Part shown: in pieces, positions 51,459 to 62,418 of the stretch | Layout of the letters: each line of letters begins with the position of its first letter | Position numbering within the stretch: the first letter of the stretch is position 1 | From: Deltaproteobacteria bacterium CG11_big_fil_rev_8_21_14_0_20_47_16 | GTDB lineage: Bacteria; UBA10199; GCA-002796325; 1-14-0-20-47-16 | Length of the DNA stretch: 64,000 nt | Assembly (NCBI GenBank): GCA_002796325.1 | Contig: PCXA01000010.1 | Coordinates: 12,181-76,180 of the forward strand | Direction of reading: 5' to 3' | Translations under genes and position numbers: made by a program | Notes under the pieces: generated by a model | Told to the model about the DNA's origin: nothing | The model's input: the letters and a program-made list of their open reading frames with translations, nothing else | Database searches by the model: none

Positions 51459-53366
51459 ATGAAGCAAACTCAAAAAACGCTCGCGCTTTGGTTAATGATC
51501 ATCCTCCTGGGAATGGTTGTGCTCCACTTCGTTCAACAAAAACCCGATACGATTCGCCAGGTCAGTTTTAGTGAATTTATGGATGCTGTGAACGCCGATA
51601 ATGTCGATGAAGTTACCATTCAAAATGACGAGTATCATGGTGTTTTCAAAAAGACTTATCAAGAGGGTGCCGCCTTCCAAACCATGGGACCTGCCAGTAG
51701 TGAAAAGGTGTTAACCGCTTTAGCCGACCACAAGGTTAAAACCGAATTCAAACCTGCTGAGGACCAATCGTTCTGGCAGCACTTACTGATCTCTTGGTTA
51801 CCTCTTATTCTCTTATTTGGGCTTTTCTTCTTCTCCATGCGCCAAATTCAAGCGGGTGGTGGAAAAGCCATGAGTTTTGGCCGCAGCAAAGCGCGTCTTT
51901 TGGTTCAAAATGAGAAAAAAGTAACCTTCGAAGATGTCGCCGGTATTGATGAAGCACGCGACGAATTGGAAGAAATTATCGCCTTTCTGAAGGATCCCAA
52001 GAGATTTACCCGACTGGGAGGGCGCATTCCCAAAGGCGTATTATTGATGGGCTCACCAGGGACCGGGAAAACACTGTTGGCGCGTGCCATTGCTGGAGAA
52101 GCCAACGCCCCATTTTTCAGCATTAGTGGTTCCGACTTTGTTGAAATGTTTGTGGGTGTAGGTGCCGCTCGCGTACGCGATCTTTTTGAGCAGGGGAAAC
52201 GTAACGCCCCATGTATTATCTTCATTGACGAAATTGATGCGGTCGGTCGTCACCGTGGTGCTGGACTCGGTGGTGGACATGACGAACGCGAGCAGACTTT
52301 GAATCAACTATTGGTCGAAATGGATGGTTTTGAATCCAATGAAGGTGTCATTATCATTGCCGCTACAAATCGCCCCGACGTTCTAGATCCGGCATTGTTA
52401 CGTCCTGGTCGCTTTGATCGTCGCATTATTGTGCCACGCCCGGATGTACGCGGCCGTGAGGGTATTTTGAAAATTCATGCCCGCAAGCTGGCTTTGGCTC
52501 CCAATGTTGATTTCAAGGTAATCGCACGTGGCACTCCCGGTTTTAGCGGCGCTGACTTGGCCAATGTAGTGAATGAAGCCGCACTATTGGCTGCGCGTAT
52601 TGGTAAAACACAAGTGGGCATGCACGATATGGAGCTGGCCAAAGATAAAGTACTCATGGGTAGTGAACGTCGTAGTCTCATGATTACCGACGATGAAAAG
52701 AAGAATACCGCCTATCATGAAGCGGGCCATGCAATGGTGGCTAAACTCATTCCTGGAACAGACCCTATTCACAAAGTCACGATTATCCCACGTGGACAGG
52801 CCTTGGGAGTGACACAGCAATTGCCCACCGACGACCGCTTTACACAAAACAGAGGATATTGTGAAAACACAATTGCCATGCTGATGGGTGGACGTTGTGC
52901 TGAGGAACTCATTTTCGATCAGCCCACAACAGGTGCTGGTAATGACATTGAACGCGCCACCGAATTGGCACGCAAGATGGTGTGCGAGTGGGGGATGAGT
53001 GAAAAGATGGGCCCCCTGACATACGGTAAGAAAGAGGAAATGCTCTTTCTGGGCAAAGAACTAGCGCAGCATAAAGATTACTCTGAAAGCACAGCCAATA
53101 TGATTGATGAAGAAGTCAAACGCATTGTCATGGATAACTATAAACGTGCAAAAGATCTGCTTGCGAGCCGTTTGGATACATTGCATGCGATTGCCAAGGC
53201 ACTATTGGATCGCGAATCTCTCGATACAGGTGAAATTGAAACGCTCATGCAGGGTGGTACATTGCCACCATTGCCAGCTGTCACGGAACCCAAATCCAAG
53301 TCAGCAGCGAAAGAAGCTGATGTTGCTTCTGCCGATGCACCTGCAACTCATCCCGGCCACGCCTAG
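51459..53366 (+). CDS. ftsH: ATP-dependent zinc metalloprotease FtsH
   Basis: Walker A GPPGTGKT-like motif ([11 protein letters not shown]), Walker [14 protein letters not shown] region and the zinc site HEAGHAM. I prefer the start at 51459 (GAAGGGA SD); 51444 is possible. Confidence 0.96.
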   Translation: MKQTQKTLALWLMIILLGMVVLHFVQQKPDTIRQVSFSEFMDAVNADNVDEVTIQNDEYHGVFKKTYQEGAAFQTMGPASSEKVLTALADHKVKTEFKPAEDQSFWQHLLISWLPLILLFGLFFFSMRQIQAGGGKAMSFGRSKARLLVQNEKKVTFEDVAGIDEARDELEEIIAFLKDPKRFTRLGGRIPKGVLLMGSPGTGKTLLARAIAGEANAPFFSISGSDFVEMFVGVGAARVRDLFEQGKRNAPCIIFIDEIDAVGRHRGAGLGGGHDEREQTLNQLLVEMDGFESNEGVIIIAATNRPDVLDPALLRPGRFDRRIIVPRPDVRGREGILKIHARKLALAPNVDFKVIARGTPGFSGADLANVVNEAALLAARIGKTQVGMHDMELAKDKVLMGSERRSLMITDDEKKNTAYHEAGHAMVAKLIPGTDPIHKVTIIPRGQALGVTQQLPTDDRFTQNRGYCENTIAMLMGGRCAEELIFDQPTTGAGNDIERATELARKMVCEWGMSEKMGPLTYGKKEEMLFLGKELAQHKDYSESTANMIDEEVKRIVMDNYKRAKDLLASRLDTLHAIAKALLDRESLDTGEIETLMQGGTLPPLPAVTEPKSKSAAKEADVASADAPATHPGHA

Positions 53367-53368
53367 CT

Positions 53369-54154
53369 ATGAAAATAATGGCCGTTGTTAATGTCACCCC
53401 TGATTCATTCTTTGATGGGGGGAATCACAACGCACCTGCTGCCGCCATTGCACATGCCATGCGGTGCGTTGAAGAAGGTGCTGATATCCTGGATATTGGC
53501 GGTGAATCATCACGACCCGGTGCCCAACCCGTCAATTTGAATGAAGAGCGCTCTCGCGTGCTACCTGTGATTGAAGGTATCCGTAAGCATCACCCCAAAA
53601 TTCCCATTTCTCTTGATACGACTAAGGCATTGCTTGTGCGCGAAGCAAGCCAGTTGGGTGTTCAACATGTAAATGATATTACTGCACTTCGCGGGGATCC
53701 CGAAATGGCTTCGACAGTTGCACAGCTTAAACTCAATATCATTTTAATGCATATGCAAGGGACTCCTCAAAACATGCAAGCAAGGCCTCAGTACGAAGAT
53801 GTCACATCCGAAGTCATTCACTTTTTCCAAGAGCGTATCTCTGTAGCTCTATCCGCTGGGGTCGCCAAGGATCGCATCTTCCTTGACCCAGGCATCGGAT
53901 TTGGAAAAACTGTGTCGCACAACGTCTCTTTACTGCAACAGCTGGGTCGTCTGTCTCAGCTCAGCTGTCCATTGATTGTGGGCACCTCACGCAAGTCATT
54001 TATTGGCCAATTAACAGCCACAGATGACCCTAATGATCGGCTTCCAGGAACCCTGGCAACATTACCGGTCATACAGCGCTCCAAGGTCGCTATTGTGCGT
54101 GTCCACGACGTGGCCGCCACAAAGCAATTTTTGACTGTCTTCAATGCACTCTAA
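53369..54154 (+). CDS. folP: dihydropteroate synthase
   Basis: 261 aa with IMAVVNVTPDSFFDGG, ILDIGGESSRPG and DPGIGFGK. It follows ftsH as in E. coli. Confidence 0.94.
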   Translation: MKIMAVVNVTPDSFFDGGNHNAPAAAIAHAMRCVEEGADILDIGGESSRPGAQPVNLNEERSRVLPVIEGIRKHHPKIPISLDTTKALLVREASQLGVQHVNDITALRGDPEMASTVAQLKLNIILMHMQGTPQNMQARPQYEDVTSEVIHFFQERISVALSAGVAKDRIFLDPGIGFGKTVSHNVSLLQQLGRLSQLSCPLIVGTSRKSFIGQLTATDDPNDRLPGTLATLPVIQRSKVAIVRVHDVAATKQFLTVFNAL

Positions 54155-54193
54155 GTCTTGCATTTTTATCGAAATTTATCTATTGGCGGCGCC

Positions 54194-55555
54194 ATGAAAA
54201 CCACAAAAAGACTCTTTGGCACCGATGGGGTGCGCGGCACCGCCAATCGCTTTCCAATGACCGCAGAAGTAGCGCTCAACCTTGGACGCGCCATTTCGTA
54301 TTATTTTAATCGACAAGGTAAGAATCAGACCATTGTTATCGGGAAAGATACCCGCCGATCAGGCTATTTATTGGAACACGCCCTCACTGCAGGCATCTGC
54401 TCCATGGGGGGCAATGTCATTCTAGTCGGACCACTTCCAACGGCTGGGATTGCCTATATCACCCAAGCCATGCGCGCCGATGCCGGGGCTATGATCTCAG
54501 CCTCCCACAACATGTTTCAGGACAATGGCATCAAATTTTTTGACCCCCAAGGATTCAAACTCCCCGACAGTACCGAGGATGAGCTCCAAGAGCTTATTGA
54601 TAGCGGTGCACTCCATCCAGAAGATGTAATTGGGGAAAAAATTGGTCGTGCTAAACGTATAGAAGACGCCACTGGGAGATTTGTTGAATTCTTAAAGCGT
54701 AGCATTCCACGCAAAGTCACATTTGATGGACTAAAGCTTGTCTGTGACGCCGCCAATGGTGCCGCCTATAAAGTAGCACCCATGATTTTAACTGAACTTG
54801 GGGCTGAAGTAGCTGCTATTGGTGTCAAACCCAATGGCACCAACATTAACAAGGACTGTGGGTCGTTACATCCTGAGGAAATGTGCAAGCTGGTGCGCGA
54901 GCAAAATGCAACGGTAGGTATCGCCTTAGATGGTGATGCAGACCGATTGATCATGTGCGATGAAACCGGTGAAGTTGTCGACGGAGATGCTATTTTAGCA
55001 ATTGCGGCTACATGGATGAAAAAACAGGGAACACTCGCGCATGATACAGTTGTATCGACGGTCATGAGTAATATGGGCTTTGACAAAGCCATGCATGACA
55101 ATGGCATCAGAGTATTACGCACCCATGTAGGTGATCGCTACGTTGTGCAGGCAATGCGTGAAGGCGGCTTCAATCTGGGTGGCGAACAGTCCGGCCACAT
55201 GATCTTCCTAGATGATGGCACAACCGGAGATGGTGTCATGTCTGCATTACAGATCCTCTCTATTATTGTTCAGGAAGGAAAGCCTTTAAGTGAATTGAAG
55301 AAGGTTTACACAGCATTCCCACAAGTATTGGTTAATACAAAAGTACGCAACAAGGAACCTATTGAAAAGATGCCCACGGTTGCAAAAGCAATTTCTGCTG
55401 CTGAAAAGGAGCTGGGACAATCTGGACGGATCTTGGTTCGTTACTCTGGTACAGAGATGATTGCCCGGGTCATGGTTGAAGGCGAGAAACAAGATCAAAT
55501 ACAAAAATTGGCGAACACTATCGTATCGGAAATACAGTCAGTGATAGGCATATGA
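54194..55555 (+). CDS. glmM: phosphoglucosamine mutase
   Basis: MKTTKRLFGTDGVRG, the active-site motif SASHNMFQDNGIKFF, and GDGDADR. The upstream 12 codons of the ORF are unlikely to be translated. Confidence 0.94.
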   Translation: MKTTKRLFGTDGVRGTANRFPMTAEVALNLGRAISYYFNRQGKNQTIVIGKDTRRSGYLLEHALTAGICSMGGNVILVGPLPTAGIAYITQAMRADAGAMISASHNMFQDNGIKFFDPQGFKLPDSTEDELQELIDSGALHPEDVIGEKIGRAKRIEDATGRFVEFLKRSIPRKVTFDGLKLVCDAANGAAYKVAPMILTELGAEVAAIGVKPNGTNINKDCGSLHPEEMCKLVREQNATVGIALDGDADRLIMCDETGEVVDGDAILAIAATWMKKQGTLAHDTVVSTVMSNMGFDKAMHDNGIRVLRTHVGDRYVVQAMREGGFNLGGEQSGHMIFLDDGTTGDGVMSALQILSIIVQEGKPLSELKKVYTAFPQVLVNTKVRNKEPIEKMPTVAKAISAAEKELGQSGRILVRYSGTEMIARVMVEGEKQDQIQKLANTIVSEIQSVIGI

Positions 55556-56292
55556 ATCCACTACTCGGTGTCAACATTGATCATATCGCAACGCTCAGGC
55601 AAGCACGTGGCACACGTTACCCCGATCCAGTTGCTGCTGCAGCCATGGCAGAAGAAGCAGGTGCTGATCAAATCACAATTCACCTACGTGAAGATCGCCG
55701 CCACATTCAAGACGCTGATGTTCGCCTACTTCGTAAAACGGTCATGACACAGCTCAATTTAGAAATGGCATTAGCAGATGAAATTATTGAAATTGCATTA
55801 GAGACCCGGCCTGACGTGGTTACATTTGTACCAGAACGCCGAGAAGAAGTAACAACCGAAGGTGGTCTTAATATTGTAAAAGCTGCCAAGCAACTGAGTG
55901 CTATAATTCCAAAATTTAAAGAGAACTCAATTGTTGTGTCGCTTTTTTTGGAACCCGACACGCTGGCTATAAGCCGTGCAAAAGAACTTGGTGCACAAAC
56001 AATTGAAATTCACACAGGACGATACGCTGAATTGGCGCCAACCGAACGTACTGATGAAATTACACGTATCAAAGCAGCCGCAGCGCATATTAAGTCACTT
56101 GGAATGCGCGTCGTTGCAGGACACGGATTAAACTATGAAAATTTGCGTACTCTGGTAAGGGAAGTCCCAGAGATTGAAGAGTACAATATCGGACATAGTA
56201 TTATTGCCCGGGCAAGCTTTGTAGGACTCGCGCAAGCAGTGCGTGAAATGAAACAGTTACTTGAACCATTACCAACAGGAGTGAGCTTATGA
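55552..56292 (+). CDS. pdxJ: pyridoxine 5'-phosphate synthase
   Basis: 246 aa with LGVNIDHIATLRQARG, ITIHLREDRRHI and GHGLNYEN. Confidence 0.94.
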   Translation: MNPLLGVNIDHIATLRQARGTRYPDPVAAAAMAEEAGADQITIHLREDRRHIQDADVRLLRKTVMTQLNLEMALADEIIEIALETRPDVVTFVPERREEVTTEGGLNIVKAAKQLSAIIPKFKENSIVVSLFLEPDTLAISRAKELGAQTIEIHTGRYAELAPTERTDEITRIKAAAAHIKSLGMRVVAGHGLNYENLRTLVREVPEIEEYNIGHSIIARASFVGLAQAVREMKQLLEPLPTGVSL

Positions 56293-56666
56293 TACTGGGA
56301 ATTGGCATTGACTTGGTTGATGTGCGCCGCATGGAAGGTATTATCTTTCGCTGGCAAGAACGCTTTCTGCGCCGTATTTTCACAGATGTTGAAATTCGGT
56401 ATTGCAACAACAAGAAAAACCCAGCTCAGCGCTTTGCAACTCGCTACGCCGCAAAAGAAGCCTACTTCAAAGCATTATATCCAAAAGGCGTTGAGGGCAT
56501 TAGCTTCCTCGACATTGAGGTATTGGATGAAAAGGGTAAGAAACCAACAATCAATCTGTATGGCCGTGTCAAAACAGATGCTGAGGCCTTGAAAGTCAAC
56601 AACACATTTTTGATGATTTCTCACGACGGTAATTACGGAATTGCAAACGTCGTATTGGAAGCCTAA
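56289..56666 (+). CDS. acpS: holo-[acyl-carrier-protein] synthase
   Basis: 125 aa with ILGIGIDLVDVRRM and RYAAKEAYFKAL. Confidence 0.92.
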   Translation: MILGIGIDLVDVRRMEGIIFRWQERFLRRIFTDVEIRYCNNKKNPAQRFATRYAAKEAYFKALYPKGVEGISFLDIEVLDEKGKKPTINLYGRVKTDAEALKVNNTFLMISHDGNYGIANVVLEA

Positions 56667-58141
56667 TGAACCTCGTCACCGCTGACGAAATGCGGTCATT
56701 GGACACAGCAACCATTGAAAGCGATGGCGTTGCGTCTGATGTGTTGATGGATCGTGCAGGCTATGGTGTTGCCGAGCTTGTCAAAAGACACTTTCCAAAT
56801 CCAGTTCACGTCGCATGCATGGTGGGTAAGGGCAATAATGGCGGTGACGCCCGCATTGCTGCTGGATACTTATCGCAGTGGGGGTATAGCTGCGAGATAT
56901 GTACTTCATTTGACCGGGACGTATTTAGTAAAGCAGAGGTCATTATTGATGGCCTTCTTGGCACAGGTACCCGCTCTCCATTATCACCACAACTCGCTAC
57001 ATTTATTCAGGACGTCAATCAGCTGGGAAAACCTATTGTTGCTATCGATATTCCCAGTGGTCTGAATGCCACCACAGGCGCTTCATGTGGGGCAGTGGTG
57101 CGTGCAAAATATACCGCCACAATGGGTCTTCCCAAGATTGGGCTATTTTTAAGTGATGGGCCCGAGCACTGCGGAAAAATTTTCTGTATCGACATTGGCA
57201 TTCAAAAGAGGCGTATTCAAGAAGCGGGTCTCACAACTCACGTTACAACAGAAGCAGATATTAAGCCACTACTGCCATCACGCAAACGAGAGTCTCACAA
57301 AGGAAGCTTTGGGCATGTATTGGTCATAGCTGGGTCATCTGGAAAAATGGGTGCAGGCGTACTTGCTGCACGGGGTGCACTTAGAAGCGGGGCAGGCCTT
57401 GTCACCTATGCATTGCCCGAACGTGCCTTTGAACACTTTGACACCACTCTGCCCGAAATCATGATTGAATCATTGCCCGATGCCGAAACTGGCGCACTTC
57501 ATCGCGATGCAATTCAAAAAATTGATATGTTGGCAAAGGGGAAAGCTGCCATCATTTTGGGGCCCGGCATTGGCACATCAGAAGAAACCGCAGAAGTGGT
57601 GCATCACATCCTGAAAACAAACATACCCGTTGTAATCGATGCTGATGCCTTAAATTGTATCGCGTCACATCCTGACTGGCTGACCAAGTTACCCGCACAC
57701 GCAGTACTCACGCCTCACCCAGGTGAAATGGCGCGGCTTATTCAAAAAAGCGCTGTTGGCGTACAGTTGGATCGCATAGCAACTGCCCGTGATTTTATAT
57801 CTGCCCACACAGCAACTTTGGTTTTAAAGGGCCACAACACGATCACAGCATGTCAAAATACTCTTTGGGTTAACAGCACCGGAAACCCTGGCATGGCAAC
57901 AGCGGGAATGGGTGATGTACTCGCGGGCATTATTGGTGGATTTTTAGCCCAAGGGCTTTCTCCATGTGATGCCGCACGTGCAGCAGTGTTTCTCCATGGC
58001 CTAGCAGGCGACTATACCAGTAAGGAAAAGGGCGAGCAGGGTCTACTCGCATCTGATGTGGCGGATGCCGTACCAAATGCAATCCATGCTGTACAAACTC
58101 AAGAAATCCAGACTATTCCAACCATCGTTCCCCCATTATGA
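56666..58141 (+). CDS. nnr: bifunctional NAD(P)H-hydrate repair enzyme (epimerase + ADP-dependent dehydratase, YjeF)
   Basis: 491 aa with an N-terminal YjeF_N domain (GKGNNGGDA) and a C-terminal carbohydrate-kinase-like domain (HKGSFGHVLVIAGS, GNPGMATAGMGDVLAG). Confidence 0.9.
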   Translation: MNLVTADEMRSLDTATIESDGVASDVLMDRAGYGVAELVKRHFPNPVHVACMVGKGNNGGDARIAAGYLSQWGYSCEICTSFDRDVFSKAEVIIDGLLGTGTRSPLSPQLATFIQDVNQLGKPIVAIDIPSGLNATTGASCGAVVRAKYTATMGLPKIGLFLSDGPEHCGKIFCIDIGIQKRRIQEAGLTTHVTTEADIKPLLPSRKRESHKGSFGHVLVIAGSSGKMGAGVLAARGALRSGAGLVTYALPERAFEHFDTTLPEIMIESLPDAETGALHRDAIQKIDMLAKGKAAIILGPGIGTSEETAEVVHHILKTNIPVVIDADALNCIASHPDWLTKLPAHAVLTPHPGEMARLIQKSAVGVQLDRIATARDFISAHTATLVLKGHNTITACQNTLWVNSTGNPGMATAGMGDVLAGIIGGFLAQGLSPCDAARAAVFLHGLAGDYTSKEKGEQGLLASDVADAVPNAIHAVQTQEIQTIPTIVPPL

Positions 58142-58548
58142 AACAGACTGCCACAACACTTGAAGACACATACCGCATCGCCGCTGAATTGGCCGCCACA
58201 TTGAAACCAGGGGACACAGTCGCACTGAGTGGTGACCTGGGCGCCGGCAAAACCACCTTTGTTCGTGGTATTACTATGGCCCTTCATGGGCACGCCAAGG
58301 ATGTCACCTCACCCACGTTCACACTCATGAATATCTACGAGGGCACACCACCCATCTATCACTTCGACTGGTACCGCATCGACAGCCTGGCATCCTTACA
58401 AACCCTTGGAATGGAAGAATATCTAGAAGGAACAGGCATTGCGATTGTTGAGTGGGGCGAGAAGTTTCCACAGGAGTTGCCCGCTAAAACCCGCCATATC
58501 CGAATTTCTCTGAATACCGATGGAACGCGACATTTTTCTGGAATCTAG
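58138..58548 (+). CDS. tsaE: tRNA t6A37 biosynthesis ATPase TsaE
   Basis: 136 aa with the P-loop LSGDLGAGKTTFVRG and HFDWYR. Confidence 0.9.
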   Translation: MKQTATTLEDTYRIAAELAATLKPGDTVALSGDLGAGKTTFVRGITMALHGHAKDVTSPTFTLMNIYEGTPPIYHFDWYRIDSLASLQTLGMEEYLEGTGIAIVEWGEKFPQELPAKTRHIRISLNTDGTRHFSGI

Positions 58549-58596
58549 ACGCCTCGCTATATATGGAGAGCCCTCTACATTATAAGGAGTAAGCAC

Positions 58597-59976
58597 ATGT
58601 CATATGATCTCGTTGTTGTGGGTGGTGGACCAGGTGGGTACGTTGCCGCGATTCGCGCCGCCCAATTGGGTGCCAAAGTCGCCCTTATTGAAAAGCAGTT
58701 TGTCGGCGGTACCTGTCTCAATACCGGCTGCATTCCAACTAAGGCCATGGCCTCAGCGGCAGCACGACTCGAAGCAGTTAAAACATCCGCTCAAATGGGT
58801 GTCGTTGGCGTGGGAACACCCCAGATTGATTATCCACAAGTTCATCAACGTAAAACCAAGTTGGTTGGCGCCATTCGCGGCAACGTTCAACAACTTTTAA
58901 AAGGCAATGGCATCGAAGTCATTTCAGGCGAGGGCAAGTTTACATCCCCAACAACGGTTGATGTCAACGGCACCACTGTTGAAGGAAAATCTGTGATTGT
59001 TGCCACGGGTTCCACATGGCGCACATTACCCAGCATCCCCATGGACGGCACGCGCGTTATTTCAAGTGATGAAGTTCTCGCCTGGGACAAGCTCCCTGAA
59101 AGCATTATCTTTGTCGGTGGTGGGGTAATCGGTTGCGAATTCGCATCCATTTTTTCGAGCTTTGGTGTGAAGGTCACCATTGTTGAAGCTGGCGCAACAC
59201 TGCTTCCGAACGAAGACCAGCAAATTGGACGTGCACTGCAACGCTCACTTTCCAAGCGCGGCGTGGATGCCCAACTTGGCACCACCGTTGAATCCACCTC
59301 TGTCACTGATGCTGGCGTTACGTGCACACTCAGCAACGGACAAACTCTCAGTGCGGCGTACGTTGTTGTCGCAATTGGCCGCGCTCCCAATACCGCCAAT
59401 TTAGGTCTCGCCGAGCTCGGTGTACTCAATGACCGCGGTGCAGTTGAAGTCGATGCCAAAATGCAAACCAAGAAGCCTGGCCTCTACGCCATCGGCGATT
59501 GCTGTGCCAAAATGATGTTGGCCCACGTTGCTTCCGCAGAAGGGGTTATCGTGGCAGAAAATCTATTTGGTGGGACAAGCCGCGAAATGGATTACCATGC
59601 GGTGCCACGCCCAATCTTTACACACCCTGAAATCTGCGCTGTGGGGCCCACGGCAGAGCAACTCAACGCCCAGGGCACAACGTTCCATACCGGTAAATAC
59701 GCATTTGCAGCGATTCCCAAGGCACTATGTGATGGTGACACCGAAGGTCAGCTCATTGTCTATACCGATACCGACAATCGCTTAATCGCCGCGCATATGA
59801 TTGGGGCCCACGCAACAGACTTGCTTCAACCACTTGTTGCCGCGGTTCAGCAAAAGCAAACCGCTGCACAATTTACCGAAACCATTTTCTCACATCCCAC
59901 ACTCAGTGAAATTGATAAGGAAGCAGTTGAAGATGCTGAGGGACGTGCTATTCATAAGGTCTATGCGAAACGTTAA
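58597..59976 (+). CDS. lpdA: dihydrolipoyl dehydrogenase
   Basis: 459 aa with GGGPGGYVAAIRAAQLG and the redox-active site GGTCLNTGCIPTK. The C-terminal interface HPTLSE is present. An AAGGAG SD precedes it. No E1/E2 genes are adjacent. Confidence 0.93.
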   Translation: MSYDLVVVGGGPGGYVAAIRAAQLGAKVALIEKQFVGGTCLNTGCIPTKAMASAAARLEAVKTSAQMGVVGVGTPQIDYPQVHQRKTKLVGAIRGNVQQLLKGNGIEVISGEGKFTSPTTVDVNGTTVEGKSVIVATGSTWRTLPSIPMDGTRVISSDEVLAWDKLPESIIFVGGGVIGCEFASIFSSFGVKVTIVEAGATLLPNEDQQIGRALQRSLSKRGVDAQLGTTVESTSVTDAGVTCTLSNGQTLSAAYVVVAIGRAPNTANLGLAELGVLNDRGAVEVDAKMQTKKPGLYAIGDCCAKMMLAHVASAEGVIVAENLFGGTSREMDYHAVPRPIFTHPEICAVGPTAEQLNAQGTTFHTGKYAFAAIPKALCDGDTEGQLIVYTDTDNRLIAAHMIGAHATDLLQPLVAAVQQKQTAAQFTETIFSHPTLSEIDKEAVEDAEGRAIHKVYAKR

Positions 59977-60664
59977 TTATTTTTTAAATCTTTTGATCGT
60001 ACTTGTCATGTTCGGTCTCAGCGCCTGTTCTGGTTGCCAAAAAGAGGCCACATCAGTGCAAGTTGATGGCCGCTCCCTGCAATTGGCAACACCTCCGCCA
60101 TCACAAGCAGACGAGGATTCTCAGCCAGCGGGGCCCCGCATCATCACCATCGTCGGCAAGCCCTATCACGGGGAAGGAGCAGCCCCTACATCAGCACCTG
60201 CTATTACACCAGCACCACAAGCCGCGCCTGTCGCTCCAGCTGTAGCAGAAGGGGCAAGTCGAGTTCCACCTGGGACAACTGAAGAGGAATCTTTGACTAA
60301 GAAGCTGCACGATAAGCTCAAGGAAGCCAACATTGCCTTCAGTGATAAAAATCCTCCCAAGATCTATGTTTCGGGTCAGTCTCTTGATGAATTTACAGGG
60401 TTTTATGAAGCAAAGGGGCAAGCAGTCAGCCGCATGTCGGTTCCAGCCTCTGTGTTGGTTCGACCATTGCTCCAGGAGCATCCCGAACTTGCGGGCAAAG
60501 TCAATGTCGAAGCACTCGACAAGGTGATTATCAATCAAGTCGTCGTTGAGGGAACAGGTGTCAGTGCTGCAGATAAGTATATTGACCCAGACACTTTTCA
60601 AGTCGTTGACAAACTCTTCGTTACAGAAATGCCTCCCAATTTAGGCAAAAAGGACCCGCAATGA
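59963..60664 (+). CDS. hypothetical lipoprotein
   Basis: The ATG at 59963 gives MRNVNYFLNLLIVLVMFGLSAC (lipobox LSAC). A Pro/Ala linker and a ~130-aa globular C-terminus follow. It overlaps the lpdA end by 14 nt and the lysC start by 4 nt. Confidence 0.7.
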   Translation: MRNVNYFLNLLIVLVMFGLSACSGCQKEATSVQVDGRSLQLATPPPSQADEDSQPAGPRIITIVGKPYHGEGAAPTSAPAITPAPQAAPVAPAVAEGASRVPPGTTEEESLTKKLHDKLKEANIAFSDKNPPKIYVSGQSLDEFTGFYEAKGQAVSRMSVPASVLVRPLLQEHPELAGKVNVEALDKVIINQVVVEGTGVSAADKYIDPDTFQVVDKLFVTEMPPNLGKKDPQ

Positions 60665-61881
60665 CAATCATTGTCCAAAAATTCGGGGGGACCTCGGTCG
60701 CAACCCCTGAGCGTATTCGGCATGTGGCAGAGCATGCGTTAATTACCCAAGCAAAGGGCCACCAAGTCGTCATTGTCACTTCCGCAATGTCCGGTGAGAC
60801 AGATCGCCTCTTGGGTTTAGCGCACGCCGTTGCAAAAGATCCCACTACTCGCGAAACTGATGTTGTTGTTTCCACAGGCGAACAAGTCAGCGTTGGACTT
60901 ATTGCAGCTGCAATTCATGACATGGGAGGGAAGGCAATCTCTCTACTTGGATTTCAAATCCCCATACTCACAGATGGCGTCTTTATGAAGAGTCGCATGA
61001 CCGCTGTTAGCACAGACGCTATTACAGCCGCTCTTAATAAAGGTAACATCGTTGTTTTGCCAGGATTCCAAGGCATCACTCCCCAAGGTGAAATCACAAC
61101 ATTGGGTCGAGGTGGTTCTGATACATCAGCAGTGGCTATTGCAGCAGCACTTAAAGCCGATTGCGAAATTTATACCGATGTGGACGGTGTTTACTCCGCA
61201 GATCCACGCATGGTCCCAAACGCCCAAAAAATTCACCGCATCTCCTATGAAGAGCTCATGGAAATGGCATCTGCTGGCGCCAAAGTCATGCAAATGCGCT
61301 CAGTTGAGCTGGCTGCAAAATATAATGTGCCACTCCATATCCGTTCGTCGTTTCATAATGTGGAAGGTACATGGGTCACTGACGAAACACCTGAAATGGA
61401 ATCCGTCATGGTTTCCAGCATCACTTCTACCATGCATGAATCCCGCATTGCAGTGCGTGACATTCCCGATCGCTGCGGTTTGGTGGCCCAGCTTTTTGAG
61501 CCCATGGCCAATTCCAATATCAACGTGGATATGATTGTTCAGACGGTCAATACCGAAGGGCTCTCGAGCGTTGCATTCACCGTAGGCAAAGAAGACCTGA
61601 AAAAAGCCATGCAGCTTACAGAAAATGGCGCTAAGGAAATTGGGGCAGGGCGTGTGGAAGTTGCAGGGGATGTCTCCAAAGTTTCAGCGGTTGGCTTGGG
61701 CATGCGCTCCCACGCAGGCGTTGCAGTCCGTATGTTTAAGACCTTGGCAGCGCTCAACATCAATATCCAATCCATCACCACATCTGAAATTAAAATTTCG
61801 GTCATTATCGAGATGGCACGCGCTGCAGAAGCTGTCAAAGCACTGCATACTGCTTTTGGACTGGATAAACCCCAGACATGA
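60661..61881 (+). CDS. lysC: aspartate kinase
   Basis: 406 aa with IVQKFGGTSVATPERI, TLGRGGSDTSAVA and two C-terminal ACT-like domains. Confidence 0.94.
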   Translation: MTIIVQKFGGTSVATPERIRHVAEHALITQAKGHQVVIVTSAMSGETDRLLGLAHAVAKDPTTRETDVVVSTGEQVSVGLIAAAIHDMGGKAISLLGFQIPILTDGVFMKSRMTAVSTDAITAALNKGNIVVLPGFQGITPQGEITTLGRGGSDTSAVAIAAALKADCEIYTDVDGVYSADPRMVPNAQKIHRISYEELMEMASAGAKVMQMRSVELAAKYNVPLHIRSSFHNVEGTWVTDETPEMESVMVSSITSTMHESRIAVRDIPDRCGLVAQLFEPMANSNINVDMIVQTVNTEGLSSVAFTVGKEDLKKAMQLTENGAKEIGAGRVEVAGDVSKVSAVGLGMRSHAGVAVRMFKTLAALNINIQSITTSEIKISVIIEMARAAEAVKALHTAFGLDKPQT

Positions 61882-62216
61882 ATTGGGCGTTACGATTCGC
61901 AACAATTGGATTCCTGTGTGTAATATCAATATCCTGCTCACAATCCAAGCCAACCTCATACGTCGTATCAATCCCAAAAGCAGTGAACGGACCACAACAC
62001 CTTTTACTTGGGCAAACGATTAACATTAACACTGCAACTGCAGCGGATTTAGAGGCCTTACCAGGTATCGGAACCACCCTTGCCGGACGTATTATCAGTG
62101 ATCGTGACAAACATGGTCCATTTTTGACAGTTGCAGACCTCGAACGGGTTCCAGGCATTGGAAAATCCAAACTCTCCCAAATTACAACTTTCATCTCCAC
62201 AGCGCCAAAATACTGA
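61878..62216 (+). CDS. comEA: ComEA-type helix-hairpin-helix DNA-binding protein
   Basis: 112 aa with an N-terminal hydrophobic anchor and the tandem HhH INTATAADLEALPGIGTTLAGRII...ADLERVPGIGKSKLSQI. Confidence 0.85.
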   Translation: MNWALRFATIGFLCVISISCSQSKPTSYVVSIPKAVNGPQHLLLGQTININTATAADLEALPGIGTTLAGRIISDRDKHGPFLTVADLERVPGIGKSKLSQITTFISTAPKY

Positions 62217-62418
62217 CTCCTTTCTCTCTGTTTCTCACATTCCAATACCCACCCTCCCAAATTGCGTTAAAATCCTAAAAAGCATAATTGAATTATTATA
62301 CATAAATATCAATTAGTTATAAACAGAACCTCATGTCGCACTTAAGATTTTACAACTCACCCCTTTGGCATCGATATTGCTCTATATCTATGGAGAAGGG
62401 GTGGGGAGATTAAAACCT

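Noticed and set aside
62336-62416. 26-codon ORF (MSHLRFYNSPLWHRYCSISMEKGWGD) in the gap before the lipoprotein gene
   Set aside because: It has no SD and an implausible composition, and it overlaps the SD region of the downstream gene.
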